Part shown: positions 12,054-25,924 of the stretch, piece after piece
Position numbering within the stretch: the first letter of the stretch is position 1
How the letters are laid out: each line of letters opens with the position of its first letter
Assembly (NCBI RefSeq): GCF_902713615.1
Contig: NC_052153.1
Span: 8,319,569 to 8,383,568 of the forward strand
Direction: 5' to 3'
Source of the DNA: Scyliorhinus canicula
Taxonomy: Eukaryota
Length of the DNA stretch: 64,000 nt
Translations under genes and position numbers: made by a program
The notes under the pieces: generated by a model
Told to the model about the DNA's origin: nothing
The model's input: the letters and a program-made list of their open reading frames with translations, nothing else
Databases searched by the model: none

Positions 12054-13199
12054 GTATTTCAAATCCCACTTAACGTCAAGCTTGATCATTCTGCAATCAT
12101 GATCTCCTACAACTGGCCAACTTCCTTAACACAGCCTGTGAAACAGTGGTGATTTGTTAGCATGGCTGGGTACCTGTTGATTGTGTGGAAGCTTGAATAC
12201 ACATGGCGATCCAGGGCAGAGAAACACTGAAAGGACAGGTTCCATCCTGGAATCTGACTGGTCTAGTGGCAATATCAACTCGGATCATAACAGGTTGGCA
12301 AGTTCAAGTCCCACTCAAGGAATTCATAGAACGGTTACAACACAGGAGGCCATTCGGCCAGTTGTGCTTGTGCTGGTTCTCCTCAAGAGCAACTCAGCTA
12401 ATCCTATTCTCCCACCCTTTTCCCAATTGCCCCGCAAGTTTTCCTCTTCAGATAATTATCGAATCCCCTATTGAAAGCCGCAAATGACTCTTCCTCTAAC
12501 ACACTGGAGGGGGATGTGATAGCATGATGGCAATGTCACTGGACGAGAAATCTAGAGGTCCAGGCGGAAGCCCTCGGGGGGGAGGGGTATAGCTTAAAAT
12601 TCAACCACAGTAGCTCATGGAATTTGAACTCAGTTAATAAAACTTGGAATGTAAAAACAAGAACATAAGAACTAGGAGCAGGAGTAGGCCATCTGGCCCC
12701 TCGAGCCTGCTCCGCCATCCAATGAGATCATGGCTGATCTTTTGTGGACTCAGCTCCACTTTCTGGCCTGAACACCATAACCCTTAATCCCTTTATTCTT
12801 CAAATAGCTAGTCTATTGGTCGGAAAAATTAATCTGGTTCACGTCTGTCTTTTTGGGAAGGAAATTTGCCGTCCTTACCTGGCCAGGCCTACATGTGACT
12901 CCAGATCCGAGCAATGTGGTTGACTCTCAACTGCACTCTGAAATGGCCAAGCAACATGGGCAAATAGGGATGGACAATAAATGCTGGCCTTACCCCAAAG
13001 CCTATGAAAGAATAAAGCAATAAACTCTCAGGCTGTTGCAAAGAAACAAAGAGATTGTAATATTTTTCTGTTGATATCATTGTCATATTTCTCGAACTGT
13101 TGAAGGTTTGACAATATGGTAATTGGAGTAAGTCAGGGTGACTGATCATCGAAACGAACAATAAATGGTTGCTATGGCAATGAACCTAGAGGGCCTTAT

Positions 13200-13541
13200 C
13201 ATAGATAGAATTTACAGAGAAGGAGGCCATTCGGCCCATCGAGTCTGCACTGGCTCTTGGAAAGAGCACCCTACCCAAGGTCAACACCTCCACCCTATCC
13301 CAACAACCCAGTAACCCCACCCAACACGAAGGGCAATTTTGGACACTAAGGGCAATTTATCATGGCCAATCCACCTAACCTGCACATCTTTGGACTGTGG
13401 GAGGAAACCGGAGCACCCGGAGGAAACCCACGCACACACGGGGAGGATGTGCAGACTCCACACAGACAGTGACCCAAGCAGGAATCGAACCTGGGACCCT
13501 GGAGCTGTGAAGCCATTGTGCTATCCACAATGCTACCGTGC
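13200..13541 (-). mobile_element. HE1-like V-SINE type A
   Basis: Near-identical reverse complement of 47036-47392. Confidence 0.88.
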
Positions 13542-14053
13542 TGAAGAGAACAGATTTTTACATAATGCAGTAACAGTAGTAGATTTGAATAGATTGTTTA
13601 GGTTCAATGGAGTATACAGGTTATTTAAAAAGGTTTAAAGAAATAATGCAAGGCTAGCACAAGTCACTTTTCTTTTAAATCCCAAGACCTAGGTTTGATC
13701 CCGGCTCTGGGTCACTGTCCGTGTGGAGTTTGCACATTCTCCCCGTGTCTGTGTGGGTCTCACCTCCACAACCCAAAAGATGTGCAGGGTCGGTGAATTG
13801 GCCACGCTAAATTGCCCCTTAAATTTGAAAAATTAATTGGTACTCTAAATTTAAAAACATTCTAAAAGCTGAAGGAATCAACTCTGGGAGAAAGCATTCC
13901 TAGAACTGGGTCAGACAATGGAGACATCAACAGGAATTAATGTATTTAAAGAGACACTGAAGCCCAAGAGGGGTTGGGGGCTAGCTGTTTAGATCTTACA
14001 GCAGAAACAGCTGGTCAGAACACCCAGAAAGCAGCGTGAGCCAAGCCAGATCT

Positions 14054-17000
14054 TGTTTTTTAAAAAAACTTGTTTTTATTCAAAATTTGACAGAATTTTT
14101 ACAAAACCACCACTAAAAGAAGGAAAAAAAAAAGAATTAACTTAACAAAACAAGGTGGGATAACTACCATTTACAAGAAAAATCTATCCACAACCCATAC
14201 AGTTCCCACCCCCCCAGTTTGCTGCTGCTGCTGACCTCCTCACTTAACGTTCCGCGTGAAAGTCAAGGAGTGGTTGCCACCGCCTGGAGAACCCCAGCAA
14301 GGACCCTCTCAAGGCAAACTTTATCCTCTCCAAACTTAGAAACCCAGCCATGTCACTGACCCAAGTCTCCACACTTGGGGGTTTCGCATCCCTCCACATT
14401 AACAAGATCCGTCTCCGGGCTACCAAGGAGGCAAAGGCCAGGACCCCGGCCTCTTTCGGCTCCTGCACTCCCGGATCTTCTGACACCCCAAATATCGCTA
14501 TCCCCAGCTCGGCTTTACCCGAGTGTCCAAGACCTTGGACATAGCCTATGCAAAGCCTCGCCAGAATTCTTTAAGCGCCGGACATGCCCAAAACATATGG
14601 ACATGGTTGGCTGGGCTCCCTGAACACCTCACACACCTGTCCTCCACCCGAAAGAACTTGCTCATTCTTGCCACGGTTATGTGCACCCAGTGTACCACCT
14701 TAAACTGAATCAGGCTAAGCCTGGCGCAAGACGAGGAGGAATTGACCCTGCCCAGGGCGTCCGCCCACAAGCCCTCACCCAGCTCCTCCTCCCACTTGCC
14801 CTTCAGCACCTCCGCCGAGGCCTCCCCCGCCTCCTGCAGCTCCTGGTATATGTCTGATACCTTTCCGTCTCCTACCCACATGCCGAGACCACCCTGTCCT
14901 GTATCCTGCGGGTAAGCAGCAGCGGAAATTCCACCACCTGCTTCTTCAAGAAAGCGCGGACTTGCAGGTACCTAAAGGTATTCCCTGGGGGCAACCTGAA
15001 TTTCTCCTCCAGCGCCTTCAGGCTGGCAAAAGTCTCATCTATAAACAAGTATATACATATATTTTGATACCCGCTATGTGCCAGCTTAGAAACACTCCAT
15101 CTATTCTGCCCGGGATGAACCTGTGGTTGTTTCGTATCGGGGTCCAGACTAAGGCCCCTACCTCCCCCCTGTGCCTTCTCCACTGACCCCAGATCCTCAG
15201 TGCTGCCATCACCACCGGGCTCGTGGTGTACTGTGCCGGCAGGAGCGGCGCCGTTATCAGTGCCCCCAAGCTAGTATCCCTGCAAGACGCCGCCTCCAGC
15301 CGTTTCCACCCCTCCCTCTACTACCCATTTCCGAATCATGGCTATGTTTGCTGCCCCCCGGACTGCGCTCTAAGAACAGTCTCTTAACTCGGGGGGTCTT
15401 GTTTGCCCACACAAATCCCGTGATAATCCTGTTCACCCGCTTGAAGGAGGACTTGGGGATGAGGATGGGAAGGCACTGGAAGACAAACAAGAACCTGGGG
15501 AGGACTGTCATCTTCATGGACTGCACCCTGCCCGCCAGGGAAAACGGCAGCATGTCCCACCTCTTAAAGTCCCCCTCCATCTGATCCACAAGCCGCGTTA
15601 GGTTGAGCTTGTGCAGGGCATCCCAAATCTTAGCCACCTATATGCCCAAGTAGCGAAAGCTCCTCTCCACCTTCTTGAGCGGGAGCTTTTCCTGGCCCCT
15701 CGCATGGATCACAAAAAGCTTGCTTTTCCCGACATTCAACTTATACCCCTATAAATCCCCAAAATCTTTTAGGATCTGCATGACCTCCCCCATCCCCTCC
15801 ACCGGATCTGAAATATACAGGAGCAGGTCATCCGCGTACAGTGAAACACGATGCTCCTCCCCTCCCCAAACCAGTTTCTAGACATCCTCAGCACCATGGC
15901 CAACGGTTCGATTGCCAGGGCAAACAGCAGGTGGCACCCTGCCTCGTTCTTCGATGCAGCCTAAAGTACTCCGACCGCAGTCGGTTCGTGCACACACTCG
16001 CTACGGGGGCCTGATACAGTAATTTGACCCACCCTATGAATTCCTCGCCAAATCCAAATCTGCCCAACACTTCCCATAGGTACTCCCACTCCACCCGATT
16101 GAAGGCTTTTTCCGCATCCATTGCAGCCACCACTTCTGCATCCCCTCCTTTCGAAGGCATCATGATCATGTTCAGGAGCCTCCGCACAATCGTGTTCAGC
16201 TGCCTGCCCTTGACAAGCCCCGTCTGGTCCTCATTAATCAGCCCTGGGACACAGTCCTCAATTCTGGTGGCCAGGATCTTAGCCAACAGTTTGGCGTCTA
16301 CATGAAGGAACGATATCGGCCTGTTGGAGCCACATTGAAACGGGTCCTTATCTTGTTTAAGGATGAGCGAAATCAAGGCCCACGACATCATCGGGGGAAG
16401 GGTTCCCCTTTACTTAGCCTCGTTGAAGGTTCTCAACAATAGTGGGCTCAACAGCTCTGAGAATTTCCTATAGAATTCTACAGGATATCCGTCTGGTCCC
16501 GGGGCCTTGCCCGACTGCATACCCTCCAAACCTTTAACCAATTCCTCCAACTCAATCGGGGCCCCTAATCGCTCTACTAGCTCCTCCTCCACCTTCGGAA
16601 ACTTCAGTTGGTCCAAGAATTGCTTCATCCCTTCCCTCCCCTCCGGGGGTTCTGACTCATACAATTTACCATAAAATCCTTGAAGACCTCGTTGATCCTT
16701 TCCGAGCTCAGGACCGTGTTACCCCCACTGTCCCTAATTCCCCCAATTTCCCTGGCCGCCTCTCTCTTCCGTAGTTGGTGCACCAGCATCCTGCTTGCCT
16801 TCTCCCCGTACTCGTGCACCGGTCCTTGTAACTTTCTCAACTGAGCCTCTGCCTTCCTGTGGTAAGCAAGTCAAATTCTGCCTGCAGGCTCCGGCGCTCC
16901 TTTAGCAGCCTCTCCTCGGGGGCTCCGCATACCTCCTGTCCACCCTGATTATCTCCCCCACCAACCTCTCCATCCTGTCCCTCTTCTCTCTGTGGGCCCT

Positions 17001-19497
17001 GATAGAAATTAGCTCCCCCCTGATAACTGCCTTCAGCGCCTCCAGACCACTCACTGAAACCTCCCCTGTATCATTGGTCTCCACATAGTTTTGGATATTC
17101 CTCCCAATCCGCCCACAGACCTCCCCATCTGCCAATAGTCCTACGTCCAGTCTCCATCGAAGGCGTGGCTGCTCTCCATCCCCAGCCTCAATTCCATCCA
17201 GTGCGGACCATGGTCCGAGACCGCAATGGCTGAATACTCTACCCCCTCCACTCTCGGGATTAGCGCCCTGCTCACCACGAAAAAAATTGATCCACGAGCA
17301 CACTTTGTGGACATGGGAGAAGAAAGAAAACTCCTTCGCCCTTGGCCGAGCGAATCTCCACAGCACCCCCCCCCCCCCCCCCCCCAAAAATCTGGTGCAT
17401 GAACTCCCTCAGGACCTTGGCCGCTGCTGGCCTCTTACCCGATCTAGACCTAGACCGGTCCAGGACCGTGTTAAATTCTCCCCCCCATTACCAGACTGCA
17501 TGACTCCAGGTCTGGAATTTTACTCAACATTCGCTTCATAAAATCCGCATCGTCCCAATTTGGGGCATACACGCTCACTAGCACCACCCGGGCCCCCTGC
17601 AGCCTGCCACTCACCGTAATATATCTACCCCCTTAATCCGCCACAATACTCCCCACTTCAAATGCCACCCGTTTGCTCACCAAGACCCCCATGGTCTTCG
17701 CATCCAGCCCCGAGTGAAAGATCTGCCCCACCCATCCCTGCCTCAGCCTAGTTTGATCAGCGAGCTTCAGATGCGTTTCTTGTAGCATGGCTACGTCTGC
17801 CTTTAGCCCCTTTAAGTGCGAGAACACACCTCTTGCCCGGCCCATTCAGACCCCTCACGATCCACGTGATCAGCCTGACTAACCATCCCCTTTTTTAGGC
17901 CAGCCACGTGTCCGCGCCTCCCGCACACTCCAGCTCCCCAGCCGGAGGCTCCCTGTCCCGATTCCCCCTTTGACTCTGAAAGTTGCTTCCCTTACAGCCA
18001 GCAAAGCAGCACCCTAGCCCCCGGGGGGGGGGGCCCGATCCCTCTCTCCCAAGTCAAGCATCCGCTTAACCTCACTTTCCCCCCCCCCCATTGCTCTCCC
18101 GTACGTCAGCTGACTCATGCTGACCCCGGCCTCTCCCACCTCTACCTCCCACTGTTGACTCCCTCTACGGGTCTCCAACACCCCCCCCCCCCCCCCCAGC
18201 CAAGTGAGGGAGAGAGCCCCCCCCCCCCCCCCCCTTATCCCCGTGTGTCAAGAAAGAAAAGCTCAAATAAACAAACAAACTTCGGGTGCTATCCCCAACG
18301 ATGAGCAGCTCCCTCCCCCCCCCACGAACTTCTCTCGCTGTCCGGCCCGCCCCCACTGCCTGTGACACGGCTCTATACAAACAGCAAACAGACACAGAAC
18401 CTCGAGGGCCCAAAACAAAGGGGCAAAAAAAAACGCGGGGGAAAACCAACATAACACCACCCCCTCCAGCCCACCGGTTGCCCCAACAACATACAGCAGT
18501 CCATTAATTCAAGTCCAGCTTCTCGTTCTTAATAAAAGTCCACGCCTCACCCGGTGTATTGAAATATTGGTGCCGGTCTTGGTACGTGACCCACAGCTTC
18601 GCCGGTTGTAGCAGCCCGAACTTCACTCCGTGGCTGTGGAGGACCGCCTTGGCCTGGTTGAATCACGCCCGCCTCTTAGCCAGCTCTGCACCCCAGTCCT
18701 GGTAGATACGGATCTCACAGTTCTCCCACTTACTGTTTCGCTCCTTTTTTGCCCATCGCAGGACACATTCCTTGTTGGTGAAGCGGTGGAACCTTACCAC
18801 CATAGCTCTCGGCAGCTCGTTCGCCTTAGGCTTCCTTGCCACGACTCTGTGCCCCTGCCCAGCTCCAGGGGCCACGGGAAGGCCCCCGCGCCCATCAGCG
18901 TTCCCAGCATCGTGGTCACAAACGCACTCACATCCGACCCCTCCGTGCCTTCAGGGAGAACCAGAATTTGCAGGTTCTGTCTCCTCAACCTCTTTTCAAG
19001 GTCTTCCAGCTTCTCCTGCCATCTTTTGTGCAGGGCCTCGTGCACCTCCACTCTAACCGCCAGGCCCAAAATCTCGTCCTCGTTGTCAGAGGCCTTTTGC
19101 TGCACCTCCTTAATCGCCGTCCCCTGCATCTTCTGGGTCTCCACCAACCTTTCAATAGAAGCTTTCATAGGGGCCAGTATCTCCGCATTTAACTCAGTGA
19201 AGCAGCTTCTAAGAAAGTCCTGCTGCTCCCCTGACCACTGGGCCCACGCTGCCTGATCCGCGCCGGCCGCCGTCTTGCCTTTTCGTGCCCGTTCTCCTCT
19301 CTTCTCCAAAGCAGCTTTTTTGATCGTCCCACTCCTAGTCCACTCCATACAGCGCTGGGGGATCTTTACTGTTTCCTTCCCACACCGGGAATAGTCGTTC
19401 AAGTGCCGCTGGAGTTCCGTACAAGGGCCCGAAAGTCCATTGTCGGCGGGAGCTGCCGACCGTGCAACCTACCCAGGCATAGCCGCAACCGGAAGTG
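14054..19497 (-). mobile_element. Full-length (~5.4 kb) but inactivated L1-clade LINE
   Basis: 5' end CACTTCCGGTTGCGGCTATG. ORF1 (~19348-18505) has a coiled coil and L1-ORF1 motifs (LEDLEKRLRRQNL..LPEG, PRAMVVRFHRF, IRIYQD). ORF2 has an APE domain (LKADVAMLQETHL), an RT domain (RPISFLHVDAK, DAEKAF, YADDLL) and CCHC. AATAAA/A-tail present. Imperfect TSD gtga(g/a)ccaagccaga(t/c)ct at 14036-14053 and 19495-19512. Many frameshifts. Confidence 0.93.
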
Positions 19498-20863
19498 AAC
19501 CAAGCCAGACCTGAAGAACCAAAAGCTGTCAACCTCAGAGGTCACCCCAAAGGAGATAAAGGTACTGCGTGGTGAAAATTACTAGGATCCCTAACTGCTG
19601 AACAGAAAAGGGGAAGGATTGCTCTGAAGATAAAGTTAAGATATTTTAGAACTGTGTTGAAGTACTGTTATCGTGAAGCCATTTCTGTGTTTGTGTATTT
19701 TTTTTTCTTAAAGAAACATTTACTGTAAAATCATTACAAATCATCGGGGATACAATTCCTGGATTTCAGAATCTCTCCTCACACTGTACAAATTGCAAAA
19801 AAACTGTTTAGGCAGCTGTTTTACGTTTCCTCTGGGATTTGGGGCAGCTCAGTATTTTGCCAGTCGAGCCATAACATTAGTGCATCCCAGATATCAACAT
19901 TTGCCGCGCAAAGAAAGTATTTCCTCATGCTGCCTTTGGCTACGTGTCCTGCTGTGCAACTAGCTGCCTAACATAGCAGAGCATCACCAACACAAAATAA
20001 TATTGTCATCAGGTTAGATTTCACACAAACCGAAGTTTCAAACTGGAATTTTAAAAAATGACACAAGGGAAAAGGAAGTGGTTCGTATTGGCTCAAGTTT
20101 AAAAAATAAATCTCTGCATTTGGATTTGATATGAATGTTACTTTCCTTCATCTTCTGGACAATGTTTAACTTTCAGGCATTGTCTGACGAGTCCACGATC
20201 CTCAGAGAATTGTAAAGGATCTTGTCCAAACCAGTAAATCTTGTTTATGGTTCTAGACTTCGCCACGTGTTTCGGTTAAGTGCTTGGAGTTGCACAAAAA
20301 CCTGCAATTTCTTTGGAAGCACCACTGGCCATTTTCCAGCACGGGGGACGATTCTAACCAAGCTGGATTATCCTGAATCATCCAAGGTGGTGTTCTTCAG
20401 ATGACATGTTAAACCGGGAGCCCAAGTGCTCTCTGAAGTTGACAGAAGCTATTCCACGGCACTATTTGAAGAGCAGGTGAGGAGTTCTCCTGCTCAACAT
20501 TGATCCTGCAACCATTACCAGCAAAAGAAAAGACTAACTGGTTGGTCACTGTTTTAGTGGTTTGTGAGATATTGCTGTGCACAAACTGACTGCCATGTTT
20601 ATTGAAAAAGATTGATTACACTTCAAAAGCAATTTATTGGCTGTAATGTGCATCAAGGACATGAAAGTTATTTTTTTTAGTTGCGTTTGGTATTTTTATA
20701 TATTTGATTATAGCTTTGCTGCTTCCCACATCCCTGTTCCTCCGATTATCTAGTTTTCTCCAATTTACCCCTCCACACTTTGATGAGTCTTGTCAGGGAT
20801 CCAATTACAGTTTAGCCCGAGATGTTTACTTCATTAACTGCACTTCATCAGGTGAACATTGTG

Positions 20864-23800
20864 CACTTCCGGTGGCGGCTATGAGGGAGTAGGTCACACA
20901 TTTGGTGGCTCCCATTTCGGACGGACTTTTGGACCTTTTCCCCTGACTTTTTTGCGCTTTTGAGCGTGGAGCTGGAAAGCAATAGTACTCAGGCACAGGA
21001 CCCATACAGAATTGTATGGACCTAAGAAGCTGGAGGGACCGTAAACAGCAGAAGAAGTGGTCGAGTAAGGGCACAGTGGAGGCTGTGAGAGAGACCAGCA
21101 TGGCTGGTGTTCAGAGCAAGGAGCCGACAGCCCAGCCCACAATGCAGCAGCTGCTGCAGACTATGCAGGAGGGCTTTTTGGCTTTGACGGGTGACAACTT
21201 GGAGCTGCTTCAGAAGTCGATTGATCGGATGGGAAAAAGGCTGGATGATCATGTTGAGAAGCTCCAGCAGTTGGAGAAGTCAGTGGAGGAGCAGGCTGAC
21301 TTTCAAACGGTGGCGGATGTGGAAATTCAGAGGCTGAGGGACCAGCAAAAAAAGTGCTTCTGGAAAGGCTGGAGGACCTGGACAACAGATCTCGCCGGTA
21401 GAACGTGAGAATCGTGGGCCTCCCGGAGGGGGCAGAGGGGCTAGATGCTGCCGCATATGTAGAGGGTATATTTCAGAAGTTGCTGGGGAACGAGGTGTTC
21501 CCGCGCCCACCGGTGGTGGACGGGGCACATAGAGTGCACGCGAGGCAGCCGCGACAAGGGGGTCCCCCACGAGCAATGGTGGTACGCTTTCACAGGTACC
21601 TGGACAAGGTACGGGTGCTACAATGGGCAAAGAGCACACAAAGCTGTATTTGGGACAATACCACCCTTCGTGTGTACCAGGATTTGAGCGCTGAGGTGGC
21701 CAGGAGGAGGGGAGGCTACAGACAGGTGAAGGAGATACTGTATAAAAACAAGCTGAAATTCGGGCTGCTTTTTCCGGCGCGACTGTGGGTTACGTATAAG
21801 GGTCAGCACTACTATTTTGAGGAACACGAAGAGGCAATGGACTTCGTTAAGAAGCAACGGCTGGCCCTGAGCTGAGGACGTTTGGACTCATGTTAGAGCT
21901 TTTAAGTATATGTGGTGTCTCTCCCATTTTGGGATTTTTTTTTTGTGGTTTTTTGCGTGCTTGTTCTGTGGTTTACCTGAATGTTTCCTGTTTGGGCTCT
22001 TTGCTTAGTTGGGGTTTGGCTGGGAGGGAATTAATAAAGAAAACAGTTAAAAGGGTTGGGTTAAAATGGATGCTTCAGGGGAACTTTGTGCAATTTTTTT
22101 TCTGTGTCTGTATGGGAAGGACTGAAGAGTGCCTGTTATTTCTTATCTTTTTTTTCTTGTTTAACTTGAATTGTGCTATTGTGGGGGTTGTTTATGACTT
22201 GTATAGAGTGTTTGCTTAAGTAGGGCTGAACTGGGGAAGTGGGGGGGACAAGACAGGGCTGCCCTCTCTCCTCACTGCTGTTTGAGCTGGCCATAGAGCC
22301 GCTGGCAATTGCACTGAGAGCTTCTAGGGGCTGGAAAGGGCTGGTCCGGGTTTGGGAGGGGGGGGAAGAGAGAGAGTGGAACATAGAGTCTCGTTATACA
22401 CGGACGATCTGCTGTTATATGCATCGGACCCAATGGTGGGGATGGACGGTATTATGGCAACCCTGAGAGAATTTGGCCGGTTCTCCGGATATAAACTGAA
22501 CATGGCTAAGAGCGAGTTGTTTGTAATTCAGGCGAGGGGGCAGAAGAGTAGGCTGAAGGGGTTGCCGTGGTGGAACGAGTGAGGGAGGAGGTCTGGAGGT
22601 GGGATGCGCTGCCGCTGTCATTGGCGTGGAGGGTGCAGACTGTTAAGATGACGATTCTTGTTTGTTTTTCAGTGTCACCCCATCTTTGCCCCTCGGTCCT
22701 TCTTTAAGAGGCTGAATAAAATTATTCTGGGATTTGTATGGGCAAAGTCCCTGCGGCTGATGCTTGAAAGGAGCAGAGAAGGGGGGCTGCGGTTGCCGAA
22801 CTTCAGCAACTGGGCGGCCAACATAGCGATGATAAGGAAATGGATGGTGAGTACGGGGTCGGTTTGGGAGCGGATGGAGGCTGCTTCGTGCAGGGGCACT
22901 AGCTTAGCAGCCCTGGTCACGGTGCCTTGGCGCTTTCGCCGGCACGGTACTCCACCAGCCCGATAGTGGTGGCAGCTCTTCGGATCTGGGGCCAGTGGAG
23001 GAGGCATGTAGGGGAGGTAAGAGCATTGGTGTGGACCCCAATCTGCGGCAACCACCAATTTGCCCTGGGGAACATGGACGGGGGGGTATCGACTGTGGAG
23101 GAGGGCGGGGATTGTGAGGATGGGGATCTGTTCCTGGATGGAAGCTTTCCGAGCATGAGGGTGCTGGAGGAGAAGTTTGGGCTGGCGAGAGGGAACGACT
23201 TTAGATACTTGCAGGTGAGGGATTTTGTACGCAGACTGGTGCCGTCCTTCCCATGTCTCCCGCCGAAGGGGAGGCAGGACAGGGTAGTTTCTAGGGGAGA
23301 GGTGGGAGAGGGTAGAGTTTCAGAATTTATACAAGGAACTAATGGGAGCTGAGGGTACGCAGACCGAGGACCTGAAGCTTAAGTGGGAGGAGCAGCTTGG
23401 GGCGGGAAGCTGGAAGATGGTATTTGTGCAGAAGCCCTGAGCAGAGAAAACACGACCGCAACATACGCCAGACTCCGCCTGATCCAGTTTAAGGTCGTGC
23501 ACCGGGCCCACATGACGGTGGTCCGGATGAGTAAATTCTTCGGGCTAGAGGACAAGTGTGCTAGATGCACCGGAGGGCAGGCTAACCATGTACACATGTT
23601 CTGGTCGTGCCCTAAACTCAAGGGGTATTGGCAGGGATTCGCAGATGTCATGACCCGGGTGTTGAAAACTGGGGTGGTAATGAGCCCAGAGGTGGCAATC
23701 TTTGGGGTTTCGAGGCCAATGTTCTGTCCTTTGTTTCCCTGGTAGCCCGGCGATGAATACTGTTAGCATGGAGGGACTCAAAGCCCGAGGGCTGAGGTAT

Positions 23801-24112
23801 GGCTTCACCGGACATGGCGAGCTTTCTTGGCCTAGAGAAAGTCAAGTTCGCCTTGAGAGGTTCGCCCGAAGGTAGCAGCCATTTATTGACTTTGTCGCAG
23901 AGGAGTAAGCGTCAGCACGGGGGGGGGGGGGGGGGGGGGGGGGGTAGGGTAGAGTAGGAGGATATTGAGGCAGGTCTGTGCGTGAACAGAGCCGGGGTTT
24001 ACATCATGTTTAATGTGGAATTTGTGTCTTGACTTTTTTTGTTTGTACTGTACAATGTAATTTTTTCTATATGCCTAAAATACCTCAATAAAATTGTTTG
24101 TAAAAAAAAAAA
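20864..24112 (+). mobile_element. Internally deleted L1-clade LINE (~3.25 kb) with both termini
   Basis: 5' end CACTTCCGGTGGCGGCTATG. Frameshifted ORF1 at 21016-21875. The spacer joins directly to RT motif TRQGCPLS at ~22245. CCHC, G-tract, AATAAA and poly(A) present. TSD aacattgt(g/t)ca at 20855-20865 and 24112-24122. Confidence 0.9.
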
Positions 24113-25924
24113 ACATTGTTCAGTGCAAGTTAACCCTCTCCAGTTCCATCACTTCTGGTTTTGAAATGACTTTGCCCTTTGTGTTATTTTTACATTAGAT
24201 TTTCAGCCATTGGTAAACATCCTCAATTTTGTTTTTGGTGGGGGGCGGGGAAAAGAGAGGACAGAATGGTGGTGCAGTGGGTTAGCACAGCTGCCTCCTG
24301 GCGCCGAGGTTCCAGGTTCGAATCCGGCTCTGGGTCACTGTCCATGTGGAGTTGGCACATTCTCCTCGTGTCTGCGTGGGTTTCGCCCTCACAACCCAAA
24401 GATGTGCAGGGTAGGTGGATTGGCCACGCTAAATTGCCCCTTAATTGGAAAAAAATAATTGGGTACTCTCAATTTATAAAAAAATTAGGGGGGGGGGGGG
24501 CGGAAATTTCCTTTCTATTTATAAGGATGACACAAAAACTGGGAGGTTGTAATTATCAGGAAAGATCGAACCGGCTGAAAAACCTTTTTCACTTAGAAAG
24601 GCTGAGCGTAACTTGACAAAGGTTTTTTAAATTATGAAGGGTTGATAGGGTGACTTAGAGAAGAAGTTTCCACCTGGGTGGAGTTTAAATCTAAGGGCCC
24701 ATCAATCTAACATAGTAAATGAATGTGATAAAGATTCAGGAGAAACTTTAGTTCGAGTGGTGAGAATGTGGAATGCACTACCACATGAAGTGATTGAATT
24801 GAATAGGGTAATTGCATTTAAAGGTAGGTTTAGGTTATGATGGGGTGAATTGAATTAGAGCAATAGGGTTATGTGGAGCCAAATCATCAAATTACATGTT
24901 TCTGTGTGGTAGATTCTATTCAATCCCAAGATAGAAGGCATACCAGAGAACATTACTTTGCATCCACTATCTTTGCGTTTTGAAGCAAACCTAGACATGA
25001 TTTATCCAGAAGTCACATGGCCCTGTGTGGAGAGGCCATTATTGTCCTTTGTTTCCCTTTTAACCTTTCCTGCATGTGCCACTGCTCACAACCAACTGTC
25101 CTGCAGATGCTGCCTGCCTGTCGTGTCTATCCACCTTTCTGAGCAAGCAGTCTCACACAACTGTGCCTGTTAGTCTGCACCTTTGTTTCAACTATCTTCT
25201 ATTCCCCACTCTGACAGAAACTTACATCAAACTTTACAGCAGGGAAATGAACCCTTTGGCTCAACCGGGTCACGCCAGTGTTTATACTCCACACACACTT
25301 CCTCCCACCCTGCTCATCCTTCGATTCCTTTCTCAATCATACGCTTACGCCCTTCCCCTTAAAGAACTCCTTGCTATTTGCCGCAAACACTCCAAGTAGT
25401 AGTTTTAGGCAGCATTATTGGAGTTTTGATATTTGTTCTGGTTATTTCCAGTGGTAGTTTTACAGACTATCCTACTTTGCTCAGTACTTATTCGGGCCAT
25501 AGTCCACCCAATGATGTCCCTATTCTCCTCGGTTTCTTCAGCAGCCGTATCCTTGGCTACACCCTCTGTATCAGGTTTTCACTGATTTTCAACTAGCATG
25601 CTCAAAGATTGATTCAAGTCTAGTGCTGGTCTGTCCCTTTCAAAGTAATTTGATTTGTGACCAGTCTAAGTCTAGTGAAATGATGCACTTTTTATGGGGT
25701 GTATCTTAAACTACGTGTCAATCATTATATGTATTAGTCTCACGACTTGCAGTCAGTCTATGGGCAACAGTGGAAGAAGTTACTGCTTAGCTCCCACTGT
25801 ACATTATATGCAAATAGTCTTATCTTCAAATAGAGTCCACATTATTATTTCATAAATCCTGTGCATGTTTACATTAAAAAGAACACTATCCACTATTCCA
25901 TGATGATCCTCAGAATATTCCCAA

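Noticed and set aside
13860-19877. Possible solo LTR split by the L1 (right flank ends ...ccataaca)
   Set aside because: No matching TG start, TSD or PBS could be identified.
18505-21875. Domesticated L1 ORF1 (L1TD1-like) gene
   Set aside because: Both ORF1 copies are frameshifted and lie within TSD-flanked elements.
25378-25596. 72-aa hydrophobic ORF
   Set aside because: Non-ATG start, begins in repeat-derived sequence, and has no recognisable homology or splice support.
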